From Blastocladiella emersonii ATCC 22665 (taxonomy: Eukaryota; Fungi; Blastocladiomycota): 64,000 nucleotides of DNA. Below the pieces are notes generated by a model. That model saw only the letters and a list, made by a program, of their open reading frames with translations. It was not told the DNA's origin and did not search any database. Positions 11,762 through 23,259 of the stretch are shown in pieces (positions within the stretch are counted from its first letter, which is position 1; every line of letters starts with the position of its first letter). The position numbers and the translations under genes were made by a program. The stretch spans positions 1,550,001 through 1,614,000 of the forward strand of contig JANHCV010000004.1 in assembly GCA_025594325.1 (NCBI GenBank), read 5' to 3'.

Positions 11762-12076
11762 ACGACTCTCCCTCTACCCGTACCCTTCCCCATCATTCAT
11801 CCCACGGCCTCGCACTGGGCCGGCACTGTACAGTAAGATATCCTCGAATGAACCATCCATGCACTCCTCCCCTAGTCTCCTCGTCGTGAGGCCGCACGTC
11901 GACTTGTGCGTCGACGGCGTGGTCGGCAGAAGCCAGCGTAGCGGCTTGATGCGCGCCACTTCAGCGACCTTTGTGTGGCGCACTCTCGGCCTGCATTGCT
12001 TCGCTTCCGCCCCTCGGCCCACGCTCTCTCCGTCCATCGATAGACGACCCACCCTTGCAACGTAAACAACATCATC

Positions 12077-12695
12077 ATGACCGTGACCGAGGACGCTGTA
12101 CGTGCGGCACCATGCCCGTGCGCGCGGGCTGGATGAAGCCGGGCACCGTGCATGCGCTGACGGCCGGCCCGTGGGATCGCGCACACGTGTGTGTAGCAGG
12201 CGGCAGTGATTGCCAACCGGTTCACGACGGCGACCATGGAGGAGCGCAAGGCGGAGCTATCGCGGTTCGTGGTCATCAAGGCGGCGCGCGTGCGCGAGCT
12301 CGAGGAGGAGCTGATGGCGCGCCGGGGTACGGACTCACCCTCACTCATTGGCGATGTGGTGCGAGGTGGAGAACTCACGAATGTGACGCCCGCGCGTGTG
12401 TGTAGACGAGCTGGCGCTCCTCGAGGAGCAGCTGGCCGAGATCGAGCGCGCCGAGGCGACCGAGCAGTGGCTCACGAGCGAGGATGCCGCGAGCCTGGCG
12501 TCCCTGTTGCTGGCCGAGGCCGCCGAGGCCGCCGCCGTGTCCCCCGCGGCCGAGGACGGCGCGGCGGCCGGCGACGAGGAGGACGACGACTACGTCCCGC
12601 CCGTGTTCCCCGAGAAGGTGATCGCCGAGATCCGCGCCGAGCACCGCGCCGCGCGCGAGGCCCGCGAGGCGCACCTCCACGAGCCGCGTTCTTGA
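12077..12695 (+). CDS. Small acidic coiled-coil protein, ~145 aa, unknown function (exons 12077-12097, 12200-12326, 12406-12695)
   Basis: ATG in CATCATG context and two GTAC..GTGTAG introns give one open frame (EELMARRDELALLEEQLAEIE). The first acceptor is a tandem TAGCAG. Confidence 0.7.
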
Positions 12696-13457
12696 GCGAG
12701 CGTCGTTCGGGTTGTCCGTCCGGTCGCATCGACGCGACGCGACGACGGCAGCACGCGTCAGTTTTTGTGTCTCTTCCCTCCCCCTCCAGTCTTGATGTGT
12801 CCCCCTCAGCCTGCATGTATCTATCGTCTCCCTGACATTGCGCATCCTGCCAGCAAGCCCATCACGGCGCCATGCATCGGCAGCGACGAAGAGCCCGGAA
12901 CGGCGCTTCGGAGAACGCGAAGGTCGAAGCGAACGCGTTTTCCTCGCCGCCCGCCGACCGACCCAGCTCGCCGTTTTCGCCGGCGGAAAACCGTGGCCAC
13001 ATGCCCGCCGGCTCGCCCGCAGCAGCGTGGTCGAGCAAAGGTTTAAGACAGTGGGAGAGCCCCGATTGCGGTTGCTTCTCCCCTCCCTCCCTCCGGCCTC
13101 GCGTTTGTTCCTCGCCGCGACCGACCATCGCCGACCGCGGCGACTAGAGAGCAGCAGCGCGACGACCTTCCCGCCCGGGCACACCCACGCCGGCCTCCTT
13201 CGCCACCCATCATCCGCCCCCGGTCCGGCCCCGGCCCGCACCCTAGACGCGGGCGAGCCACGCACCCTCTCCCTCCCCTCGCGCTTCGCGACTACCCGCA
13301 ACCGATACCTGCGACCTCGACGACGTGTCTCCACGGCTCGCGTCGCCACCACCCTCGTCAACAAGGTGCGAGCGAGCGAGCAGCGGTGATCGCCGCACGC
13401 GTTGGTCTTGCAGCCGAGTCGAGCTGACCGTTTTCACTCCTCCTCGTCCAGTGTACC

Positions 13458-14368
13458 ATGACGGCCACGCTGCAGTTCCAGGGCAGCGCCGCCGCCGACA
13501 ACAACGGCACCGCTGCCGGCCGCATGGCCATCTCGATCGACACGACGGGCGACTCGTCGGCCTCGTCGTCATCGTCGTCGTCCGACTCGTCCGTCACGGC
13601 CCACCATGCCGCTGCCGCCACGACCACCACCGCCACGACCGCCGCCTCGGCCTCCGCTGCGCCCGCCGGCAAGAAGCCTGAGCCGCCGCGCAAGGCCGTC
13701 GTGGCCACGGTCGGCACGACGCAGTCGGGCAAGTCGCAGCTGCTCGCCTTCATGCACGACTACTGCGAGCAGCCGCACGACCAGGCCGACCTCGCCATCG
13801 GCGACGGCGTCAACTCGTGCACCAAGCTCGCCAAGCGCTACTCGCTCACGGTCCCGCGCCGCGAGGTCCGCCTCGTCCCCAAGGCCACGGCCCGCGGCGC
13901 CGGCCGCTTCTCGAGCCGTATCACGGCCACGGCCGCGTCGTCGTCCTCGTCGTCCGCGCACCACCATCAGCAGCAGCAGCACCAGCAGTCGTCGTCCTCG
14001 GCGAGCTACCAGACCTCGTCGTCGGCCTCGTTCGGTGGCAGCGCTGGCTCGACGGCTGGCCATGGCGGCGCCGCCGCGTACCAGGTCTCGGGCACCGCGA
14101 CTTACGGCGCTGTCGCTGGTCACGGCCACGGCCACGGCCACGGCCAGGCGGGCGGTATGGTGACGGCAACGTCGTCGTCGACCACAGTGTCGGCCACCCA
14201 CGACGGCCCGTCGTACTCGGGATCGGCGTCCGCCGTCCACCAGTCGCACTCGCAGCAGCAGCAGGCCCACCATCAGCAGCAGCAGCAGCAGCAGCAGCAG
14301 GCCCACCACCACCACCACCAATACCAGCAGCAGCTCACCCAGCAGTTGCACCACCAGGCCCAGCACGC

Positions 14369-14404
<36 letters not shown>

Positions 14405-17400
14405 CCAGTACCACCAGAACCAGCACACGCAGCAGCAGACCCACCAGAACCAGTCCAACTGGCCGTCGTACCCGCCCACCTCCTCGGCCACCTCGACCGT
14501 CCAGGGCAACACCACCTCGTACCAGGGCAACAACGCCAACACTAGCCAGCAGCAGCAGTACGGCGGCGCCGACGCCTCGTATCAGGGGAACGCGTCGTAC
14601 CAGGGCAACGCCAGCCAGCAGCAGCAGCAGTCGTACCAGGGCAACGACTCGAACACGAGCCAGCAGCAGCAGTACGGCGGCGGCAACGCCTCGTACCAGG
14701 GCAACGGCGGTAACGCCTCGTACCAGGGCAACGACGGCAACGCCTCGTACCAGGGCGGCAACGACGCCGGCGCGAGCCAGCAGCAGCAGTCGTGCCAGGG
14801 CTCCAACACGAGCCAGCAGTACCCGGGCTACGACACGAACCAGCAGTCGGCGCGCGGTCTCGGGCCCAACTCGGGCATCGTGCGCCCCGAGAGCGCCGCC
14901 GCGACCCGCTCGCTGCACGTCAACACGGCCGCCGCCGACCTGAACCGCCCCGCCTCGGCCCCGCAGCCGCACGGCGCCACGGCTGCCTCAGTCGCGGCGA
15001 CCGCCGCCGCTGCTGCTGCCTCCAAGGCCGCGGCCGCGTCCATGGCGCTCGCCGCCGAGGCGTTCGCGCTCAGCGCCGACGACGACTTTGACCTGACGCC
15101 GTCGACCGACTCGCCCGACAGCCCGCCCGCCGACACGCGCCCGGGTACCGCCACCGCCGTGTCGCGCGGGATCCCCATGTTGTCCACGTCCATGTCCATC
15201 TCCAACGACGCGTCCATGGTCATCACCGACGGCTCCAGCTCCGGCTCGGGCCACGGGTCGCCCGAGCTCACGTCGCTGCACACGTCGGCGTCCGCGAGTC
15301 CGATTCGTGGTGCCGGTGCGGCGACCAACATTGCGGCCCGCGGCGGCACCGCGTTCGTCGCCGACGGCATGCCCGACAGCTACGCGTCGTTCACGTCCGA
15401 AGACACCATGACGTCGAGCAGTGTGCGGTCGTCGTCGGCGGGCGGCGCCGACCCGTTCGCGCGCCCGTCGCCCATGATCTCGCCGCACACCCCCGCCGAC
15501 CCGCACATGAACCCGACCGTGTTCGGCACCTCGTCCACCGAGTCGGCCGCCGATGAGGGCACGCGCCGCGCCATCCGCGACGCGCTCGTCGCCGCGGGCA
15601 TCTCGACGCACGTCACGGGCAGCGGCGGCGGCGAGACCGCCACGTCGCGCGGCATGGGCGCTCCCGACTCGGGCGTAGGCGCCTCGCGCTCGCTCGGTGC
15701 GCCGGCCGCGCGTAGCGGCCCGCAGGACACCACCGTCACGTCGCAGTACGCGCCGCCCGCGCCCGGCCAGTGCGACACCACCGTCACGAGCCAGGTCCCG
15801 CCCGAGGCTGCCGTCATGGCCACGTACCCGCACAGCAGCGGCTCCGAGACGATCCAGATGCCGCAGCCGCAGCCGCCGACCATCGCCATGCCGCAGCCCC
15901 AGCCGCCCGTGGCCGTCCACCACGCGGGTGCCTGCGCCACCGCCGACTCGACCGCGGTGACGAACCAGCAGCAGCAGCAGGGCACCAACTACGACCAGCA
16001 GTACATAGCCGGCCAGGTCGCGCTCCAGAACCAGGTCGTGCAGGCGCAGGCCCAGTACCACGCCCAATACCAGCAGCAGCAACAGCAGCAGCAGCTCGCC
16101 CAGATCCAGCAGCTCGCCCAGATGTCGCAGCAGCAGAACCAGCAGATCCAGCAGTCGCAGCAGCACCAGCAGGTCCAGCAGCACCAGCACACGACGACGA
16201 CGACCACCCACCATACCCAGCAGACCCACAACGTGCAGGTCCACCACCACCACCACTCGCACAGCACCTCGTCGTCGTCGTCCTCGTCGCAGCACCACCA
16301 GCAATCCCAGTGCCAGCAGGTCCAGCTCACGTCCGAGCAGCAGCAGGTCCAGCAGTACTACCAGCAGCTCGCGGCCCAGAACCTGCACCAGGCGGCCGAG
16401 AAGCACCAGTGCCAGGACCACTTCTACGACAAGTACCACGGCCACATGCAGCTCCAGGCCCACGCCGAGCAGCAGCTGCAGCTCCACGCCGCCATCGCCA
16501 ACAAGCACCAGTGCGAGGAGCACTTTGCCCTCGAGTTCACCAAGTTCGAGGACGAGAAGAACGCCGCCGCCGCCGCGGCCGCCGCGACGACGACGACGAC
16601 CACCACCACCACCAAGACGGGCCGCCGCCAGCGCCTCAAGAACCGCTTCAAGAACACGGCCGGCCACCTGTTCGGCAAGGTGTTCAACCACTCGGACTCG
16701 GACTCGGACTCGTCGTCATCCGACAGCGACTCGGACTCGGACACGGAGCACGCCGCCAACCTCACGGTCCAGTACAACAGCGGCAACGAGCAGAACGCGG
16801 CGTCGTTCAGTCTCGGCGGCTCATTCGCGTTTGGCGCCGCCGCCGCCGGCGCGGCTACGGCTGCTGCCGCGACCTCGAACACGACCTCGGGCCAGTCGAC
16901 GGCGATCCACGGCGACGTCCAGGTGTTCCAGGGCACCGACTACCAGTCGCACCAGCAGGCGATCCAGCAGCAGCAGCAGTCGGAGGCCGACCTCGCGCAG
17001 CACCTGCTCGGCGCCCAGATCGCCCACGAGTCGCAGATCATGGCGTCGCAGCAGGTCGGCAACGACACCAACCAGCAGCAGCAGAACCAGACCCAGTCGG
17101 GCTTCGGTATGCAGGTCCAGTACGGCGACGCCAAGCAGCAGCAGCAGGCCGGGTTCGGCGCGCAGGTGCAGTTCGGCCAGACCGAGCAGACGCAGCAGAC
17201 GCAGCACACTCAGCAGACTCAGCAGCAGCAGCACCAGGGCACCGCCGTCGGCGTCCACGTCCAGGGCCAGAACAACCCTTCTGGCGTCCAGGTCAACCAC
17301 ACGCACCAGAACCAGGCGCACCATGCTCAGCACCAGCAGCAGCATCACCATCACTCGCAGACCCACCACCATTACCACCACACTCAGCAGCAGCAGCAGC

Positions 17401-19142
17401 AGCACCATCACCTGCAGAGCGCGACGGGCGGGTTCGTCGCGCCGATCCACCCGAACCACAGCCTGTTCCTCGCGAGCGACGTGGACGGCTGCTCGCTGAC
17501 GACGCTGCTCAGCCGCCTCGAGGAGCAGTTCAGCATCACGACCACGACGACGTCGGCCAACTTCACCGAGACGGTCGTCATGAACGAGGAGCAGCGCATC
17601 GAGTACCTCGAGGAGGTCGAGGACCTGTTGCACGACCGCACGCTCGAGCTCAAGGTGACGCGCCCCGCGCTCGGCACCCCGCCGCGCATGTACCTCGACA
17701 TGATCGACACGCCCGGCCTGCTCGACAGCGACTCGTTCCGCGACCCGTTCGTCGACCTCGACCACCTCACGTCGATCCTCACCCAGGTCAAGCGCGCGGG
17801 CCACGTCACGGCCATCGTCTACGTCATCAAGTACGTTTTCTACTCGCTTGCTCGCGTGTGCGAATTACGAAAACTGACCCCGTCCGCGTACCCCCGCGTA
17901 GCGTCGATCGCCCGTACGACTCGAGCGCGCTCATGGCCCTGTCGACGTACCTGACCAACCTGCGCGAGCTGTGCACCAACCTGATCGTCGTGCACTCGTC
18001 GTACAACGTGCACAAGGCGCTCGAGGTGGCCAAGTCGTGCAAGGAGCAGTCCGGGTTCTGCCTGTTTGACCTCGGCGCGCGCGTCCGCGAGTTCAACGCG
18101 CGGCTCGGCGAGCTCGGGTTCCCCGACGTGCGCCCGCTCCACGTCGCCATGGACAACCTCGTGCAGCCCACGGCGCGCGCTGGGCTCAAGGCCATCTGCT
18201 ACGAGGGCGCGCACGTCCTGCTCGACATTGTCGAGGAGCTCGCCAAGGCGCCCGTCGTGCCCATTGAGCGCGTCAACTTTGTCAAGCTGCGCATGATCCG
18301 CGACGTCGACGTGGTACGCTGACTCGGGGCGCCGCACTCGATTTCCGTTAACGATGCTGACCTCAACTGTTTGTTCGCTCGCGTAGCACGTTTCGGTGCA
18401 GCTCACCAACTCGATCGACATGCTGCGCACCGAGCTGTACTCGCTCGGCAACAGCGACCGCGAGTCGCAGCTCGTCACGGCGGCCGAGGCGCTCGCCGAG
18501 ACCCGCGCCGAGCACCGGCGCGTGCTGTCGGAGCTCGCGCGCCTCGACACGGACGACGAGGTCGAGGTGGACCTGCGCAAGTGCCGGCGCATCCCGCAGG
18601 CGTCGGTGCGCGAGGGCCGGTCCGTGATGCTGGTCGTGATCGCGTACGAGTCGACGGAGGTCCCGCTGCGCGCGGCACGCCTCGTGCAGCCGCACTGGCC
18701 GCGCGGCATCGTGCGCCACGAGCACCTCGACACCAAGCGGTATATTGCCGTCCTCGCCACGCTCCCGCAGTGGCCGTGCTGCGCGCACGTGCAGCTGTTC
18801 ACGCACCGCCGCGACGTGCACGCGGCCGAGATCCGCCGACTCCAGGTGCAGCGCGGCACGCTCGAGGGCCAGCTCACGGAGCGCCAGGAGGAGCTCGCCA
18901 AGTGGACGCGCGCCCTCGGCGAGGAGAAGCGCCGCGTCGCCGAGCTCGAGGCCCGACTCACTATCCTCAAGCGCGCCGTGGCCACGGTCGACGCCGACCG
19001 CGTCCCGCTCGACCTGTTCGTCGACGTCCACGACTTGTACCGCGACCTCGCCCAGGACATCCACCTGCGTCGCAAGGTCGACGTCGCCAAGGTCCGCGCC
19101 CTCGCGCATCTCGTCGAGCGCTACTACTACCGCCGCTGCTGA
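13458..19142 (+). CDS. Giant (1846 aa) P-loop TRAFAC-type GTPase with ~1200-aa Q/H/S/N-rich insert inside the G-domain and C-terminal coiled coil (exons 13458-17830, 17902-18313, 18387-19142)
   Basis: G1 VGTTQSGKS (aa 86-93), G2 IGDGVNSCT (T122), G3 MIDTPG (D1417), then the VTAIVYVIN strand and LIVVHS in the G4 position. The 4.3-kb first exon is uninterrupted. A probable 5'UTR intron lies at 13366-13451. Confidence 0.85.
14248..14402 (+). repeat. Coding CAG/CAC trinucleotide tracts (polyQ/polyH); further tracts at ~16070-16340 and ~17190-17410
   Basis: Runs of (CAG)n and (CAC)n are read directly from the sequence, in frame with the giant GTPase. Confidence 0.95.
14500..14840 (+). repeat. Imperfect coding tandem repeat SYQG(N), 7 copies plus one SCQG, with NTSQQQQYGG spacers
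   Basis: The nucleotide unit TCGTACCAGGGCAAC recurs; translation reads SYQGNNANTSQQQQYGGADASYQGNASYQGNASQQQQQSYQGN... Confidence 0.9.
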
Positions 19143-19297
19143 GGAGCGGGCGACGCGTCGCGAGGCCCGCGATGCGCATGATGAGGATGGTGTTCTTTCG
19201 TGATTGCTTTCGATATTTTGTGCGTATAAACATTGTATTTGTATCATCAAGTCGATTCGAGAGGCGGGTCGGAGGGCGCTCAGCGAACGGAGCCCGT

Positions 19298-21921
19298 TCA
19301 ATCATCATCCTCGTCAACGTAGGTCACGGCCACGTTCTCCGGCTCCCGCGGAGCCGCGTTCGGCTGCTTCACGTCCGCGATGAACTGGTCCGTGATAGCG
19401 TTACCGGCGAGGTCGAGCGTCTCGAGGCGCGGGCAGGTGTCCGGGATGGCGCGGAACAGCACCCTCGCACCGACGTCCGACAGCCCGCACCGACCCAATG
19501 ACAGGTTGCGCAGCGAGCGCGGTCCGTCGAAGTTGACCATGCCCGCGTCGCCAAACGGGATCTCGCCGGTCCGCAGCGTGTGGAGCTCGGCAGCGATCCG
19601 GGCGAGCGTCGTGAGCGAGGCGCTGGTCAGCTGCGCGTTGCCGCACAGGCGCAGCTTCTTGAGCGAGCGGGGCAGTTTGGGCACGAGCGCGGCGAGACCT
19701 GCGTCCGTGAGCCGGTTCTTGCGCAGGCTGAGGTCCTTGAGGTTGGGCGGCAGCTTGGCCGCGAGCACCTCGATGTCCGCGTCGGCGAGGTTGTTGTGCG
19801 ACAGGGACAGCTCCTCGAGGCCGGCCGGCAGGTTGGCGACGAGCGCGGCGAACGCGCCCGGGAGGAAGTCGACGCCGTGGATCGTGAGGTCCTGGAGGCC
19901 CTGCGGCAGGCGCGCGGCGATGGCCGTGGCCGCGGCCACGTCGATGGTCAGGTTGGTGTTGTTCTCGACGACGAACATGGCGAGCTTCGGGGTCAGGCAG
20001 TCAGCAAGCTGGCCGAACATGGCCGTGTCGAGACGGACGCTGTCGAAGATCAGCGTGTTCACGCGCTGCCGGGCCGACGTCAGCGCACGGGCGAGGATGC
20101 GGATGCCAGCCGGCGTCAGGATCTTGCTCCGAAGCGTCAGCGAGTCCGACCGGCCGCCGGTGAGGTTCAGGCGACGCTCCCAGATCGTCTTGTCGCCTGT
20201 GCTGGTCGGCGCCTCGAAGCCCGCGAAGAAGACGTCCTACTCCACGACGCAGCGAATGGCGATCCGTCAGCAACGGCTTAGATTCTCGGTTTAGCGCATC
20301 GTACCTGCTCAGAGGGAGCCGGCTGAGGCTGAGGCTGTGCCTGACTGTTAGGCTGCGCGGCCGGTTGAGACTGCTGCGCGGCGGGCGCAGCGGCCGTGGC
20401 TGGAGGCACAGCGGCAGGCACAGCGGTGACGGGCACGGCGGCGGGCGTCGGTCTCGCAGCGGTCACGCTGGCCTCGTAGAGAACCTTGAGCTGGAGCATG
20501 ACGTTGGCCATGGTCGGGCGGCTGGGCGCGTCCGGGGACCAGCACCGCTCGATGATCGTCCAGAGCGAGCCGAGGTACGTGGCCGAGTCTTTGGGGCACG
20601 TCGGGCGCTCGCGGCTGAGCAGCTTCTGCTGGATGACGGTGGCCGAGTCGCCCACGAACGGCGGGGTCCCGCCCATGATCTCGAAGGCGAGCATCCCGAA
20701 CGCGAACACGTCCGCCGCAGGCGTCGCTGCCACGGGGCTGTCACCGAACAGCTCGGGCGCCGTGTACGCGGGCTCGCGCGGGTGGACCGAGAGCGCGCGC
20801 TCGATTGACGTCGGGAAGATGACGGCGTTGCCGTGGCCGTCCATGAGCACCTGCGGCGGGCAGAGGTTGCCGTGCACGACGCTGCTCGCGTGGAGGTGCG
20901 CGAGCCCCTGCGCGACCTGGTAGAGCAGGCGGAGGTGCGCGTCGGGATGGAGCCGGGCGTAGTCGACGAGAGCCTCGGTGAGCGCGTCGCGGAACACGAG
21001 GAACGGCGGCGACGCGAGCGGAGCGAGGCCGAACACGCACGCGAGGTGCGGGTGGGAGACCTTGACCCAGGCCTCGGCGTGTTGCACGGCGGCGACGAGT
21101 TCGTTGAGCGACGGCTTCGCGCGAGCGTGCAGGGACTTGACAGCCACGGACAGGTCGAGATCGAGGCGCGTCGCGGTGGTCCACGCGCCAGCGTTGCGCG
21201 GGCCCGGCTCAGTGAAGAGGTAGCCGAACGTTGTCACGAGCGGCACGGTGTGCGCCTCGGCCAGGACGGACGTCGTGAGTTTGGCCTCGCTATCGAAGGC
21301 GGCCTTGCCCTGCGACAGGTAGCGGGTGGCCGCCGATGCGCAGGAGCGGGTCACGTCGTCGGCGTGCGGGGAGGCCTTAGCGCGGGCGTCGAGGGCGATC
21401 AGGGCCTCGGCCGGCCGGCCGGTCTTGTTGATGCGGAACTTGACCATGGACTGCGTGTGCGTCTCGTACTCGGCCATCTCCTTCATGATGCGCAGCATGT
21501 CGCGGCGCGTGGCGTTCTCGAGCTGCTCGGCGATCTTGTCGAGCGACACCTTGACGCCGGCATCCTTGAGGTCGTTGCCGATGGCAACCACGACGTTGGC
21601 TGCGTTGAGCAGGGAGGTCAGGTGGTTACCGAAGTTGAGGATCTGGTCCACCTCGTTGGCGTCGGGCATCTGCTGCTGCGAGACGCGGGCCGAGTCGACG
21701 GCCGCTCGCAGGGCATGGACGCCGCGGTCGATGAGCTGGACGTGGTTGAGCGGGGCCGGCATCGGCGTGGAAGCTACGGCGTCTTTGAACTTGAGCGAGT
21801 GGGTGGCGATGAAGCGACGGAGCTCCCAGGTCTTGCTCTTCGGCAGCTTCTCGATGCTCTCGCCGAGCTCGGCGAGTGCGGAGAGCGAGAGCGTCGCGCT
21901 CGGTGGACCGGCGGACGGCAT
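19298..21921 (-). CDS. 851-aa protein: N-terminal helical domain + TKL-like pseudokinase + Pro/Ala/Gln linker + ~10 RI-type LRRs (exons 21921-20305, 20236-19298)
   Basis: A 68-nt intron (20304-20237, GTACGA..CTGAC..GAGTAG) joins the kinase-like ORF and the LRR ORF in frame. Motifs VAVK, HPH, HGNLCPPQVL, YTAPE, DVFAFG and RCW..RP are present, DFG is absent, and the LRRs have a ~26-aa period (LxxLxLxxNxLxDxxxxxL). Confidence 0.85.
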
Positions 21922-22001
21922 GGTTGATGCGTTCTTCAAGTGTGTGATACGTTGCTCCAGTCCTGAGGGGGGAGTTGCAGTTCAGCGAGCAGGAGCTCCA
22001 A

Positions 22002-22007
22002 TTTATA
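22002..22007 (-). promoter_or_regulatory. Putative TATA box (TATAAA) of the pseudokinase-LRR gene
   Basis: TATAAA on the minus strand ~80 nt upstream of the ATG in a locally AT-rich promoter. Similar TATAAA/CATAAA elements precede MEP (33552-33557, minus), Hva1 copy 2 (~23163), PHO85 (~5089) and HNT2 (~39867). Confidence 0.5.
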
Positions 22008-22424
22008 CCTTCTCCGTGATCGTGGTTTATTGCCCAGCTCACTTTCACCGCCTTGAGGGTAGACAGATGGACAAATCATGGACAGAGTACAGCCCTTGTC
22101 TCGGTCCGCATTGGAAAGGATCAACCGGGAGAAGGCTCAGAACAACGGAGAACAACGGGCCGCGCAAGGTGCGTGCGAGCGGTAACGCGTGAGACGCGAG
22201 ACATGCGAGACGCGTTGCGATATCACGTGTGGCGCGCTGATCCGACCAACGCGGCGCGAGTCACCCGCCCGCGGCTGCGCACGGCGCCGCCCGCCTTCGC
22301 CCTCACCCCCTCGGACCCCCGCACCGACTTGGCCGCCATCGCAGCCTCCCCGCTCGACCAAGCAAGGCCCCACGCCGCTACGCGTTACCACGTAACTGCA
22401 CCAAGAACCACCACCACCACCACC

Positions 22425-22841
22425 ATGTCATCGACCCGCCGCGGCCACGCGCACGAGGACGTGCCCGAGGAGCACGTTGCCGTCGACGAGCTCGACCTGG
22501 GCGGCGTGCTCAAGCTGCACCCGGGCGACCGCGTCGTGTACCACGTCATCGGCGGCGGCAGCGAGAAGACGCCGACCGCGACGGGCACGGTCGAGGAGAT
22601 CCTGATCGCCGACTTCGACATGGGCCACGGCCGCCACGCGCACGCGAGCGAGCGCGACCCGCGCCTCGTCATCCGCAACGACCACACCCAGAAGACCACG
22701 CCGTACAAGGCCGAAGCCATTGTCGGGCTCGCCGACGACGCGACGGGCGAGGCGTCGGCCACGGGCGAGGTCGAGATCGTCGAGGACTCGGCCGGCGCCG
22801 ACGACGACGCCGAGTACGTCGACGACGAGCTCGTGTCGTGA
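22425..22841 (+). CDS. Hva1-type Tudor/SH3-fold (DUF2945-like) small protein, copy 1, 138 aa with acidic tail
   Basis: GDRVVYHVIGG..TGTVEEI..ASERDPRLVIRNDHTQKTTPYKAEAI matches the fungal Hva1_TUDOR pattern as I recall it. ATG is in (ACC)n context and the gene is intronless. Confidence 0.75.
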   Translation: MSSTRRGHAHEDVPEEHVAVDELDLGGVLKLHPGDRVVYHVIGGGSEKTPTATGTVEEILIADFDMGHGRHAHASERDPRLVIRNDHTQKTTPYKAEAIVGLADDATGEASATGEVEIVEDSAGADDDAEYVDDELVS

Positions 22842-23259
22842 GCGCGCCGCGTCGCGTCACCCAATCAAGCGGCGGCCACGGCGGCGGCCATGGCCCGCGC
22901 GAGTGTGCTTTGTTGTGCCCGATAGTGTATTCCCATGGTGATGATGAATCACGAGCCGATTTTTCCTTGGTCTCATCTCGGTGTGCTCATGCATGTGTCT
23001 CAGAGATCGGGGCGTGCCCCGTGTTTGGCGCTCATCAAGGCGTCGACGCGTCGCTTAGCCGCCGATCACCGCCGAACGCTCATCAGCGGCCATGCATCCC
23101 CTTGGCCGTGCTGACGTGCCTCGGCGCCCTGCCCATCGCTGCCCTGCCCATGCCCGCCGCCGCCATAAAAGCGCGCGCGCCCCCGCGGCCGCCCCCGCTC
23201 TCTCCTTGCCACGCACCGCCCGACGGAACGCACACGCATAAACCACCACTGCCACCACC

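Noticed and set aside
14500-14840. Repeat array considered as CRISPR-like or satellite
   Set aside because: The units are in-frame coding repeats without unique spacers, and the context is eukaryotic.
13569-17804. Long antisense ORFs rich in Leu/Val or poly-Cys/Trp (e.g. 13569-14972, 14988-16691, 14273-14542)
   Set aside because: They are reverse-complement shadows of the CAG/CAC tracts of the GTPase gene and have no independent start or codon signal.
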